DNA of 64,000 nucleotides from Octopus sinensis (Eukaryota), in assembly GCF_006345805.1 (NCBI RefSeq), contig NC_043001.1:115940001-116004000 (forward strand), read 5' to 3'. How positions within the stretch are numbered: position 1 is the first letter of the stretch; each line of letters begins with the position of its first letter. Below the pieces are notes generated by a model that was not told the DNA's origin, ran no database searches, and saw only the letters and a list, made by a program, of their open reading frames with translations. The translations under genes and the position numbers were made by a program. Positions 42,341-54,884 of this stretch are shown here, one piece after another.

Positions 42341-45256
42341 CCAAAGAGGAACGCCGACAGAGATGAAAGGGGAGTACCGACAGAGATCAAAGAGAAGTAC
42401 CGACAGAGATCAAAGAGGAATGCCGACAGAGATCAAAGGAGAGTTCTGACAGAGATCAAAGAGGAATGCCGACAGAAATCAAAGGGGAGTACCGACAGAG
42501 ATCAAAGAGGAATGCCGACAGAGTTCAGAGGGGACTACCGACAGAGATCAAAGAGGAATGCCGTCAGAGATCAAAGAGGAGTACCGAAAGATATCAAAGA
42601 CAAATGCCGTCAAAGATCAAAGTGGAATGCCGACAGAGATCAAAGAGGAGTACCGACAGAGATCAAAGGGGAGTACCGTCAAAGATCAAAGAGTAATGCC
42701 GACAGAGACCAAAGAGGAATGCCGACAGAGATCAAAGGAGAGTTCCGACAGAGATCAAAGAGGAATGCCGACAGAGATCAAAGGGGAGTACCGACAGAGA
42801 TCAAAGACGAATGCCAACAGAGATCAAATGGGGTACCGGCAGAGATCAAAGAGTAATGCCGACAGAGATCAAAGAGGAGTACCGACAGAGATCAAAGAGG
42901 AATGCCGACAGAGATCAAAGGGGAGTACCGACAGAGATCAAAGAGGAATCCCGTCAGAGATCAAAGAGGAGTACCGAGAGAGATCAAATAGAATGCCGAC
43001 AGAGATCAAATAGGAGTACCGACAGAGATCAAAAGGAATGCCGTCAGAGATCAGAGAGGAATGCCGACAGAGATCAAAGGGGATTACCGACAGAGATCAA
43101 AGAGGAATGCCAACAGAGATCAAAGGGGAGTACAGACAGAGATCAAAGTACTGAGAGAGATCAAAGGTGAGTACCGACAGAGATCAAATAGGAGTACCGA
43201 GAGAGATCAAAGAGGAATGCCGACAGAGATCAAAGGGGAGTACCGACAGATAACAAAGACAAATGCCGTCAAAGATCAAAGAGTAATGCCGACAGAGACC
43301 AAAGAGGAATGCCGACAGAGATCAAAGAAGAGTTCCGACAGTGATCAAAGAGGAATGCCGACAGAGATCAAAGGGGAGTGTCGACAGAGATCAAAGCGGT
43401 GCACCGACAGAGATCTAAGAGGAGTACCGACAGAGATCAAAGAGGAGTGTCGACAGAGATCAAAGAGGAGCACCGACAGAGATCAAAGAGGAATACCGAG
43501 AGAGATCAAAGGGGAGTACTGACAGAGATCAAATAGGAGTACCGACAGAGATCAAAGAGGAATGCCGACAGAGATCAAAGAGGAGTACCCACAGATATCA
43601 AAGACAAATGCCGTCAAAGATCAAAGAGGAATGCCGACAGAGATCAAAGGGGAGTACTGACAGAGATCAAAGAGGAGTGTCGTCAGAGATCAAAGAGGAA
43701 TACCGATAGAGATCAAAGGGGAGTACCGACAGAGATCAAATAGGAATGCCGACAGAGATCAAAGAGGAATGCCGACATAGATCAAAGAGGAGTACCGACA
43801 GATATCAAAGACAAATGCCGTCAAAGATCAAAGAGGAGTACCGACAGAGATCAAAGAGGAATGCCGACAGAGATCAAAGGGGAGTACCGGCAGAGATCAA
43901 AGACGAATGCCGTCAGAGATCAAGGAAGAGTACCGAGAGAGATCAAAGGGGAGTACCGACAGAGATCAAAGAGGAGTACCGAAAGAGATCAGAGGGGAGT
44001 ACCGACAGAGATCTATTAGGAGTACCGACAGAGATCATAGAGGAATGCCGACAGAGATCAAAGGGGAGTGCCGACAGATATCAAAGACAAATGCCGTCAA
44101 AGATCAAAGATCTGTCGGCACTCCCCTTTGATCTCTGACGGCATTCCTCTTTGATCTCTGTCGGTACTCCTATTTGATCTCTGTCGGTACTCCCCTTTGA
44201 TCTCTCTCGGTACTCCTCTTTGATCTCAGTCGGTACTCCCCTTTGATCTCTGTCGGTTCTCCCCTTTGATCTCTGTTGGCATTCCTCTTTGATCTCTGTC
44301 GGTACTCCTCTTTGATCTCTGTCGGCACTCCTCTTTAATCTCTGTCGGTATTCCCCTTTGATCAAAGAGGAATGCCGTCAGAGATCAAAGGGGAGTGCCG
44401 ACAGATATCAAAGACAAATGCCGTCAAAGATCAAAGAGTAATGCCGACAGAGACCAAAGAGGAATGCCGACAGAGATCAAATGGGAATACCGACAGTGAT
44501 CAAAGAGGAATGCCGGCAGAGATCAAAGGGGGTACCGACAGAGATCAAAGAGTAATGCCGACAGTGATCAAAGAGGAGTACCGACAGAGATCAAAGAGGA
44601 ATGCCGACAGAGATCAAAGGGGAGTACCGACAGAGATCAAAGAGGAATCCCGTCAGAGATCAAAGAGTGGTACCGACAGAGATCAAAGAGGAATGCCGAC
44701 AGATATCAAAGGGGAGTAGCGACAGAGATCAAATAGGAATGCCGACAGAGATCAAAGAGGAATGCCGACATAGATCAAAGAGGAGTACCGACAGATATCA
44801 AAGAGGAATGCCGACAGAGATCAAAGGGGGGTACCGACAGAGATCAAAGAGGAATGCCGGCATTCTCTTTGATCTCTGTCGGTTCTCCTCTTTGATTTCT
44901 GTCGGAATTCTTCCTTGTTCTCTTTCGGTGCTCCACTTTGATCTCTGTCGGTACTCCTCTTTGATATCTGTCGGAACTCCCCCTTTGATCTGTCGGTATT
45001 CCTCTTTGATCTGTGACGACATTCCTCTTTGATCTCTGTTGGTACTCCTATTTGATCTCTGTCAGCATTCTCTATGATCTTTGTAGGTACTCCTCTTTGA
45101 TCACTGTCGACATTCCACTTTGATCTCTGTCGGTACTCATGTTTGATCTCTGTCGGTATTCCTCTTCGATCTCTGTCGGCATCCCTCTTTGGTCACTGTC
45201 AGCATTTCTCTTTGATCTCTGTCGGAACTCCCCTTTGATCTGTCGGCCTTCCGACA
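42340..45256. repeat. 23-bp minisatellite array, about 2.9 kb, with internal inversions
   Basis: Unit CCGACAGAGATCAAAG(A/G)GGA(ATG/GTA). Orientation is + to 44110, - to 44361, + to 44858, then - to about 45250. Confidence 0.95.
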
Positions 45257-46171
45257 TGTATGTATGTATGTATGTGTGTATGCATGCATGTATGTAATGC
45301 ATGTATGTATGTATGTGTGTATATATGTATGTATATAAGTATGCATGCATGTTTGCATGTATGTATGTATGTATGTATGTAATGTATGTATGTATGTATG
45401 TAATGCATGTATGTATGTGTGTATGCATGCATGTATGTATGTATGTATGTATGTATGTAATGCATGTATGTATGTGTGTATGCATGCATGTATGTATGTA
45501 TGTATGTATGTATGTATGTATGTATGTATGTATGAAATGTATGTACGTATGTATGTTTGTATGTATGTATGCATGCATGCATGCATGCATGTATATATGT
45601 ATGTATGTATGCAAGCATGTATGTATATATGTATGTAAGTATGTATGTATGCATGCATCTCTGTATGTATGTATGTATGTATGTATGCATGTATGTGTAT
45701 ATGTATGTATGTATGTATGCATGTATGTATGTATATATATATGTATGTATGTATGTATGCATGCATGCATGTATGTATGTATGTATGCATGTATGTATGC
45801 ACGCATGTATGTACGTATTTATGTATGTATCTATATATGTATGTATGCATACATGCATGTGTATATGTGCGTATGTATGTATGTATGTAATTATGCATTC
45901 ATGTATTTATGTATGTATGTATGTATGTATATATGTATGAATGTATGTATGTATTTATGTATGTATGCATGTATGTATGTATGTATTTATGTATGTATGT
46001 ATGTATATTTGTATGTATGCGTGTATGTATGTATGTATGTATGTATGTATGTATGCATGTATGTATTTATGTATGTATGTATGTATGCATGCATGTATGT
46101 ATGTATGTATGTATGTATGTATGAATGCATGTATGTATGTATGTATGTATGTATGCATGCATGTATGTATG

Positions 46172-46205
<34 letters not shown>

Positions 46206-46681
46206 TTTATGTATGTATGTATGTATGTATGTATGTATGTATGTATATTTGTATGTATGTTTGTATGTATTTATGTATGTATGCATGCATGCATGCATGT
46301 ATGTATGTATGTATGTATGTATGTATGTATGCATGCATGCTTGTATATATGTATGTATGTATGTATGCATGTATGTATACATGTATGTATATCTGTATGT
46401 ATGTATGTATGTATGCATGCATGTATGTATGTATGTATTCATGCATGTATATATGTATGTATGTATGCATGTATGAATGTATGTATGTATGTATGTATGT
46501 GTGTATGTGTGTATGTATGTATGTATGTATGTATGTATGTATTTATGTATGTATGTATGTATATTTGTATGTATGTATGTATTTATGTATGTATTTATGT
46601 ATGTATGTATGTATGTATATTTGTATGTATGTATGTGTGTATGTATGTATGTATGTATATGTATGTATGTATGTATGTATG
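45255..46681. repeat. Degenerate (TATG)n microsatellite, about 1.4 kb
   Basis: Read directly from the sequence; further (TATG)n tracts occur at 47370-47755 and 53140-53570. Confidence 0.97.
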
Positions 46682-47335
46682 TTAGTTAGTTAGTTAGTTA
46701 GTTTATTTGGCTCAAAAGCAAATAGCAAGGCCTTATAAGGGGACATGAAGTTAAGTACAGGGTGGTGTTCATGTAAAGAGTTCGGGCCACTTGAGGTCAA
46801 AGGAGGCTTTGAACAAAGTGGTCGTCGGCATCTTCATCTCGTCTGGCAGCTTGTTCCATGGATCCGCAACCCGGACGGAGAAAGCTCCTCTCCTTCGATT
46901 GAGAGGAAATCGTCGCAGGTAGAGCTTTTCGGAATGACCCCGTATCCGACGCTCTGGAGCAGGAGTGAAGAACAGCTCTTTCAAGAGGTTACAGTTTCCG
47001 CTTATGATGCTGTGGGCGAGAAAGATATCACCACGGCGGCGGCGTTTTTTCTAGAGAATAAAGGTCGAGCGTCCTCAGCCTTTCTTCAGAGGACAAATTT
47101 TTGAGACCATGAACCATGCGGGTAGCCAGCTTCTGGACTCTTTCGAGATGCTGTATGTGTTTGAGGAGATAAGGCGAAGAAGCTTGAATCCCGTATTCCA
47201 ATATGGGTCTCACCAGCGTGACATAGATTGGTAGGAATATCGCTGCTGTGAGCATTCCGAATGACCGTCGAATCAAGAACAGAATTCCGCGTGCTTTGTT
47301 GGCAGCATGGACGCACTGGGCCGAAGGCGAAAAGG
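46681..47335 (-). mobile_element. CR1-clade LINE 3' fragment with a (TAAC)n tail
   Basis: LVRPILEYGIQASSPY..KHIQHLERVQKLATRMV.GL..LS.EERL..LDLYSLE; RGHSEKL...FSVRVADPWNKLP. (TAAC)n at 46681-46703. Confidence 0.9.
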
Positions 47336-47484
47336 AGGAATCCACCAAGATACCCAGGTCCTTTACCTGATGTATGTGTGCATGTATGTATGTATGTATG
47401 TATGTATGTATGTATGTATGTATGTATGAATGTATGTATGTATGTATGTATGTATGTATGCATGTATGTATGTATGTATGTATG

Positions 47485-47518
<34 letters not shown>

Positions 47519-48201
47519 TGCATGTATGTATGTATCTATGTATGTGTGTATGTCATTGTTCAGTTTTATTTCAAGATTTCTTGTCAATGGAGAAAGAACC
47601 GGTTTCTGACCTAAATCCAAGCTCCTTCATTGGAATTTCAACAACAACAGGGTATGTATGTATGTATGTATGTATGTATTTATGAATGTATGTATGTATG
47701 TATGTATGTATGTATGTATGTATGTATGTATGTATGTATTTATGTCTGTATGTATACGAAATGATGGAGTAGTTATTCAATATCCCCGACCCACATTTCA
47801 TGGATATTGTCATCTTAGTTGATCTCTAAGTGAGATTGGCGACACTGATAGCCACCTCATTACAAAGTTTGCCTCCTAAAACGTCTAGACAAATCCTATC
47901 CTGAGTACATTAACTGAACCTTCAGTCCTATTATAAACATTAGCTAGAATTAACTTCTTATTCTGGCACTAACTTGCGAGTACAACGACTACTCCTAGTT
48001 AATGCATCAATTTATTACTACCCTGGGCAGACCACTGTTACCTGGAGATCTTGACATTTTTAAAACAACGCTGACACAATATCATGTAAATTCCAATGAA
48101 CCAATGAAGAGCCAAAGCTTGCATTCTTAAATGCCAGTTTGCTTGTTTGTTTGTTTTTTGCTTTTTTGCTTTGCTTTGTTTTGTTTTATTTTGTTTTAGT
48201 T

Positions 48202-48253
<52 letters not shown>

Positions 48254-48864
48254 TAATTCGAGAGTGAATCATGTTTCCAGAACTCCATATCCAGCATCTG
48301 ATTATGCCGCAGTGACAAGAGAGTGATGAAAGACTAGAACTCACGTAGAGGTTGGATTATCAGAAACCCCAAAGTTGCCTTACGCAATCAAGGTCCTTTC
48401 CGCCTCAAGGAGGAGAATCCTCTTATATTTATGGTAACCATTTAAAATAGACATTTACTGTTACATTCACTAACCGGTGAGGTGACTTGTGAAGAGTTCA
48501 AGAGTTTAGGTGTGAATGAATTTACCCCCTAGTTACCACTAGGTTCACTGTGGCCCAGAGTTGTAGTACTTGTCAAGGGCTCTAGTTTATGAGATCCAAT
48601 ACCATATGTTCCTGTGGCTAAATCATGCAGGATTAGGAAGAGAACTGCATCCTAGATATGTCATAGACCCCCGTCACTGATGAGTGGACATGTGAACAAT
48701 TCCACTTGTCTGGGGGTTAAACGGGTCCAGTGTTTGAGGTGTCAACTTTGGTGGACAGGAGACTATCAGAGTAAAGTCTAAACAAATCAACAGAATGCAA
48801 CCTGAAACCACTGCTGTATCTTTCCCTAAAACAAAATCATAAGGGATCCATAATTCGCCAACGC

Positions 48865-49115
48865 GAGCTGGCAGAAACGTTAAAGGCGGTGAGCTGGCAG
48901 AAACGTTAGCACGCCGGGCGACCTGCGTAGCCGTATTTCGTCTGTCGTTACGTTCCGAGTTCAAATTCCGCCGAGGTCGACTTTGCCTTTCATCCTTTCG
49001 GGATCGATAAATTAAGTACCAGTTACGCACTGGGGTCGATGTAATCGACTTAATCCCTTTATCTGTTCTTGTTTGTCCCCTCTGTGTTTAGCCCCTTGTG
49101 GGTAGTAAAGAAATA
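48865..49115 (+). mobile_element. SINE family D copy (tail D1) with a 16-bp TSD and duplicated head
   Basis: CATAATTCGCCAACGC occurs at 48849-64 and 49116-31. GAGCTGGCAGAAACGTTA occurs twice at the 5' end. Confidence 0.9.
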
Positions 49116-49182
49116 CATAATTCGCCAACGCCTATAGGTAAAGTTCCTGAAAAAAGATTATCCCTTATAAGGTGTTAAAATA

Positions 49183-49385
49183 TTGGTTTCAAATTTTGGC
49201 ACAAGACCAACATGTTCGAGGAAACGGCTAAGTCGATTACATCGGCCCCAGTGATCAACTGGTACTTATTTTATCGACCTCGAAAGGGGTGAAAGACCAA
49301 GTCGACCTCTGAAGAATTTGAACTCTGAACGGCGAACGAAATGCTGCTAAACCCGGCGTGCTAACGATTCTGCTAGCACGTCGCC
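49183..49385 (-). mobile_element. SINE family D copy (tail D2)
   Basis: Reverse complement of the D head, central motif and CTTGTGCCAAAATTTGAAACCA tail. Confidence 0.75.
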
Positions 49386-49954
49386 TAATTAAATGCTAAA
49401 ATATTACATCGGAGACCTACAATCACATCACTGCCTCTGTTGGAAGTACTCGGTCTATATATAGAGTGTTTTCAAGCTTCTACCCTTTCACCCTAGAAGT
49501 CTCAGATACAGTGAAACTGATGCAGGACAAACATTTTGATACATTTATAGCATCATCGTGAAAATACTAACCTACGGGAAAAGTTTCGTTTACACTTGTA
49601 TTTGAAGTCCCTGAAAACCTACACGAAAAAATAATAGTTTAAGACTTAAAACAGTAATTTAATATAAGTGACATATCTGTTATTGTTCTTAGTGAATATG
49701 GCTTCCACAAGTTCTTATATACTTGTAATTCACCTCTGGTAATGAGAAGTTTCCCTACCCATTCTTCGTAGTAAACAATACTTTTAAAAAATTAATCAAA
49801 GTGAATATAATGATAAATGTTGAGTGTCGTAAATAATTATTATAGTATTTCTACATTGTAGTTGTATCACTTTCGGCCCAAGATCGCAAGTCAATTCATT
49901 TACCAATCAAGTATATCTTCGATATAAAAATGTAATCTAAAATATTCTACAAAA

Positions 49955-50087
49955 CTGCCTGCGTCAGTTGTTGACTGCCATGACACTGCATCCTTTAAGG
50001 CCCTCATGCTTTCCGAAATCCGCCGAAACTACACCTGATTATATATACACCTTAGATGAGTTGTAGTGCACCTGAGCACTGTACACA

Positions 50088-50140
<53 letters not shown>
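49955..50140 (+). mobile_element. Short CR1/L2-type LINE 3' end with an (ATT)n tail
   Basis: LPASVVDCHDTASFKALM-stop, a short 3' UTR, then (ATT)n. Confidence 0.6.
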
Positions 50141-50141
<1 letters not shown>

Positions 50142-50332
50142 AAACGTAATGAAATGTTTGGAAAAAGAACCACGGAAAAACAATTGATTGATTGCTCTAA
50201 CAATTAATAAAGACATCTGTTAGTTCATCGGTTAATCGGTTTACTAGTAGATTAATGATAATAAAAATCAAAAATAATAACAAAAAAATTAAATACAATC
50301 AATGCGTATGCTATTATCGGTAAAGACCCACC

Positions 50333-50985
50333 GTGAGGGCGCGTGGCTTAGTGGTTAGGGCATTCGGCTCATGATCGTAAGGTTGTGAGTTCGATTCCCG
50401 GCGACGCGTTGTGTCCTTGAGCAAGACACTTTATTTCACGTTGCTCCAGTCCACTCAGCTGGCAAAAATGAGTTGTACTTGTATTTCAAAGGGTCAGCCT
50501 TGTCACTCTCTGTGTCACGCTGATTATCCCCGAGAACTACGTTAAGGGTACACGTGTCTGTGGAATGCTCAGCCATTTGCACGTTAATTTCACGAGCAAG
50601 CTGTTCCGTTGATCGTATCAGCTGGGACCCTCGTCGTCGTAACCGGCGGAGTCTTTTTAGTGAGGGCGCGTGGCTTAGTGGTTAGGGCATTCGGCTCATG
50701 ATCGTAAGGTTGTGAGTTCGATTCCCGGCGACGCGTTGTGTCCTTGAGCAAGACACTTTATTTCACGCTGCTCCAGTCCACTCAGCTGGCAAAAATGAGT
50801 TGTACTTGTATTTCAAAGGGTCAGCCTTGTCACTCTCTGTGTCACGCTGATTTTCCCCGAGAACTACGTTAAGGGTACACGTGTCTGTGGAATGCTCAGC
50901 CATTTGCACGTTAATTTCACGAGCAAGCTGTTCCGTTGATCGTATCAGCTGGGACCCTCGTCGTCGTAACCGGCGGAGTGAAGAG
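50333..50985 (+). mobile_element. Head-to-tail dimer of SINE head B/tail T1 inside one 11-bp TSD
   Basis: Two near-identical copies of about 320 bp joined by a CTTTTT tract. AAAGACCCACC occurs at 50322-32 and 50986-96. Confidence 0.92.
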
Positions 50986-51574
50986 AAAGACCCACCAGAA
51001 ATACATTAAGAAACTAATCGCTTTGAAAGAAAGTAAGGGAGATAACTCTGATCCTTTGATGCAGAAGTTAGTTCCCTTCCAATACTACGTATAGCCAACT
51101 ATTTTGAATTGTTATAAAGTAAATTATATTACTTCTCTGGACGTCCCTTGTAAAATATTACCTGTTCAAGGTACAGAATTGTGAGCAGAGGATGTCGCAA
51201 TCAACAGAATACCGACACCAGGCATACTCACTCTATAGTATAATTATGGCGAACTCACTTGTGATTCAGAAGGGCACCGTTATGTTGGAAACTACCAAAA
51301 TAGCCTTATCATCTAGGCAGACCTGGTGAGAATGATTAAGAATGCGTCACTACTTCACCAACCACAAGATCGACGCAGACACACTTAACACTTTATATTC
51401 TGATTGCAGGTGTTTGGCTATACATAAAATGATAGAATCAGGGATTATGGAAGAGCAAAGAAGATGTTTGAGAATATCCTAAAAATGATGTGAATTAAGT
51501 ATGCTCTCTATACCACAATAAGTTCTGGAACAGAATAAGTAGAGACATTCATAAGGTAACCCAAATACCTAGGT

Positions 51575-51885
51575 GGAGGTGCAATGGCCCAGTGGTTAGG
51601 GCAGCGCACTCCCGGTCGGAGGATCGCGGTTTCGATTCCCAGACCGGGCGTTGTGCGTGTTTATTGAGCGAAAACACCTAAAGCTCCATGAGGCTCCGGC
51701 AGGGGGTGGTGGCGATCCCTGTTGTACTCTTTCGCCCTAACTTTCTCTCACTCTTTCTTCCTGTTTCTTGAGTAACGCTGCGATGGACTGGCGTCCCGTC
51801 CAGCTGGGGGGGGGGGGAACACATACGCCATAGAAACCGGGAAACCGGGACCATGAGCCTGGCTGGGCTTGAAAAGGAGCGAAGA
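51575..51885 (+). mobile_element. tRNA-derived SINE, head A with tail T3 (V-domain-like)
   Basis: Head A followed by GAGTAACGCTGCGATGGACTGGCGTCCCGTCCAG. Confidence 0.82.
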
Positions 51886-52431
51886 AAAGAACCCAGATAT
51901 AAATGTGGTATGACAGCAAGAAATTTAATGGTGTTCTGTTCGTAGGTAGAGAATTGGGTGGTACATTTCGAGACTTCCGAGCAATTAACCTTAACACCAA
52001 GTTCATCAATAAATAAGGTAGATCCGTTAAATCTGTTCTCTCTAATCTTATTCCTTTGACAATGACACCTGTCAAGGTAACTGTATATGCTACAAACCCG
52101 CATATCAACAGCAATGTTAGAAATACCGTGGCTTTTCTAATGCCAATACAAAGGTTTCTGTCCGTTTGACTTGTCTCATATACTTCCTCGGGGACACTTT
52201 CGTCTCTCTCCCTCTTCTACCACACATGTTGTGTCCAAACTCAGACGCGACATTCACCACTACTATTCCAAGTCCTTCCCCCCAAGAACTTCTTTCCTCA
52301 AGAATTTCCATCTTGCTCTCGTCTTTCCTGCAATCGTCGACAAACGGGAATGTAATTTGGAACGTTTATGATATTATTGTTACGAGACTCGGCTATTAAA
52401 ACTTATATGTATGAATATATAAGTATATATA

Positions 52432-52662
52432 TTTCTTTACTGCCCACAAGGGGCTAAACGTAGAGGGGACAAACAAGGACAGACAAACGGATTAAGTCGA
52501 TTACATCGACCCCAGTGCATAACTGGTACTTAATTTATCGACCCCGAAAGGATGAAAGGCAAAGTCGACCTCGGCGGTATTTGAACTCAGAACGTAATGC
52601 CAGACGAAATACGGCTACGCATTTCGCCCGGTGTGCTAACGTTTCTGCCAGCCCGCTGCCTT
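52432..52662 (-). mobile_element. SINE family D copy (tail D1)
   Basis: Reverse complement of the family D consensus, ending ...GCCCCTTGTGGGCAGTAAAGAAATA. Confidence 0.9.
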
Positions 52663-52744
52663 ATATATAAGTATATATGTTATATATCGTATGTATGCTA
52701 AATACATTCATTTATGCATACACATATAAATGCATGCATACATT

Positions 52745-53126
52745 GGAAGCACTCCGTCGGTTACGACGACGTGGGTTCCGGTTGATCCGAATCAACGGAA
52801 CAGCCTGCTCGTGAAATTAACGTGTAAGTGGCTGAGCACTCCACAGACACGTGTACCCTTAACGTAGTTCTCGGGGATATTCAGCGTGACACAGAGAGTG
52901 ACAAGGCCGGCCCCTTGAAATACAGGTACAACAGAAACAGGAAGTAAGAGTGAGAGAAAGTTGTGGTGAAAGAGTACAGCAGGGATCACCACCATCCCTG
53001 CCGGAGCCTCGTGAAGCTTTAGGTGTTTTCGCTCAATAAACACTCACAACGCCCAGTCTGGGAATCGAAACCGCGATCCTATGACCGCGAGTCCGCTGCC
53101 CTAACCAATGGGCCATTGCGCCTCCA
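52745..53126 (-). mobile_element. SINE head A/tail T1
   Basis: Full reverse-complement match to the copies at 53881 and 55567. Confidence 0.9.
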
Positions 53127-53147
53127 AAAAAAAAAAAAAAGCATGCA

Positions 53148-53181
<34 letters not shown>

Positions 53182-53445
53182 CATACATACATACATGCAT
53201 GCACATATATATGCATATATGTATTTACATGCAGTTATACATGTATGTGCATATATCTATCTATATCTATAGGTATGCGTGTGCAGAGAGAAAGAAAGAG
53301 ATGCATACTAACAGAGATACAAACATGTATGTATGCATGTATGTATGTATGTATGTATGTATGTATGTATGTATGTATGTATGTATGTATGTATGTGTGT
53401 ATGCATGTATGCATGCATGTATGTATGTATGTATGTATGTATGTA

Positions 53446-53478
<33 letters not shown>

Positions 53479-53880
53479 ATGTATGTATGTATGTGTGTAT
53501 GTATGCATGTATGTATGCATGCATGTATGTATGTATGTATGTATGTATTATGTATGTATGTATGTATGTACACGTATAGCGGTTTCTCCAGTCGGTCTCT
53601 ATGTAAGAGGGTCTAACAGTTGGCTGTTAGAGCATCCTCACAGATTAATTGTTTTCGGTTGTTTAAGCTTATGTAGGACCAGCCACACATTTTGAAAGCG
53701 CTAAGAGCAGAAATTTGGTGCAAATGTTTGGCACAAACGCAGCTTTTCCATTAAGCTATTCCATCTCCTGAGTTAGTTCCCTTCGCCTGTTGTGTTACCA
53801 AGTTAGGACAATTGCTCACCGAGGTACCAAGCCAGAAATTTCTAAATCTTCGCTCATGCATATATATATATATACCATGT

Positions 53881-54265
53881 GTGGAGGCGCAATGGCCCAG
53901 TGGTTAGGGCAGCGGACTCGCGGTCATAGGATCGCGGTTTCGATTCCCAGACCGGGCGTTGTGAGTGTTTATTGAGCGAAAACACCTAAAAGCTCCACGA
54001 GGCTCCGGCAGGGGATGGTGGTGATCCCTGCTGTACTCTTTCACCACAACTTTCTCTCACTCTTACTTCCTGTTTCTGTTGTACCTGTATTTCAAAGGGC
54101 CGGCCTTGTCACTCTCTGTGTCACGCTGAATATCCCCGAGAACTGCGTTATGGGTACACGTGTCTGTGGAGTGCTCAGCCACTTACACATTAATTTCATG
54201 AGCAGGCTGTTCCGTTGATCGGATCAACCGGAACCCTCGTCGTCGTAACCGACGGAGTGCTTCCA
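53881..54265 (+). mobile_element. SINE head A/tail T1
   Basis: GGAGGCGCAATGGCCCAGTGG...CGTAACCGACGGAGTGCTTCC. Confidence 0.9.
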
Positions 54266-54539
54266 TATATCATGCAATTGGATGGCCGGTGACGGTTCTT
54301 AGTCCTTCTACCCTTAGATGGGTCTTTTTTTTCATCATGCTGCATGTCCAAAAATCACCCAACTCTCCAAGCAGGCTTGGTACTGTTACTGATTTAATCA
54401 TCGATGGCTCGACCACGAAACAGATTGTTACTTGTTACCGTTGCTGTCGTTGGAACCATTTTTATCATTGTATGTATATCATATAAATTTAATATATATA
54501 TCCAATGTAAAAATTATTGTTAACCGTATATTGATTTGA

Positions 54540-54750
54540 AATTTTTGGCACAAGGCCAGCAGTTTTGGGGGAAGGGGATAGGTCGATAAGATCGACCCCA
54601 GTGTTCAACTGGTACTTATTTTATAGACCCGAAAGGATGAAAGGTAAAATCGACCTCGGCGGAATTTGAACTCGGAACGTGAGAAGGCAGACGAAATGTC
54701 GCTAAGTATTTTTCCCGGCATACTAACTATCCTGCCAGCTCGCCGCCTTA
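54540..54750 (-). mobile_element. SINE family D copy (tail D2)
   Basis: Reverse complement of the D central motif and head. Confidence 0.82.
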
Positions 54751-54846
54751 CACTATACACCTTATATTATATGCAACATGAAGCTTCGCTAGCTTCTGCA
54801 CGCATTTTTTCTCTCCTTGTTTCTCTCCGTGTTTCTTTTCTGTGTA

Positions 54847-54884
54847 TCTTTCTGTTGAAGAGCGTAGGCTCGAAACGTAAAAGA
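54847..54884 (+). ncRNA. Minimal hammerhead-like motif (dimer type) with a core substitution
   Basis: TCTTT-CTGTTGA-A-GAGC(GTAG)GCTC-GAAAC-GTA-AAAGA. Stem III is reduced to the palindrome ACGT. CTGTTGA replaces CTGANGA. Confidence 0.55.

Noticed and set aside
42296-45032. Many ORFs encoding QRSKRNADRDQRGMPTEIKEEYR-like repeats
   Set aside because: A 23-nt unit without stop codons yields the same 23-aa repeat in all three frames. The ORFs break at random and the array changes strand, so this is not evidence of coding.
42340-45256. Possible CRISPR-like or regularly spaced array
   Set aside because: The units are contiguous with no unique spacers, and the context is eukaryotic.
45072-46693. 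Long MYVC/HTYI ORFs of up to 391 aa
   Set aside because: These are translations of the (TATG)n microsatellite. The same applies at 47.3-47.7 kb and 53.1-53.6 kb.
51900-52420. Unique sequence with several 60-140 aa ORFs on both strands
   Set aside because: No recognisable domain and no convincing splice-site pair. The longer ORFs depend on running into the adjacent SINE.
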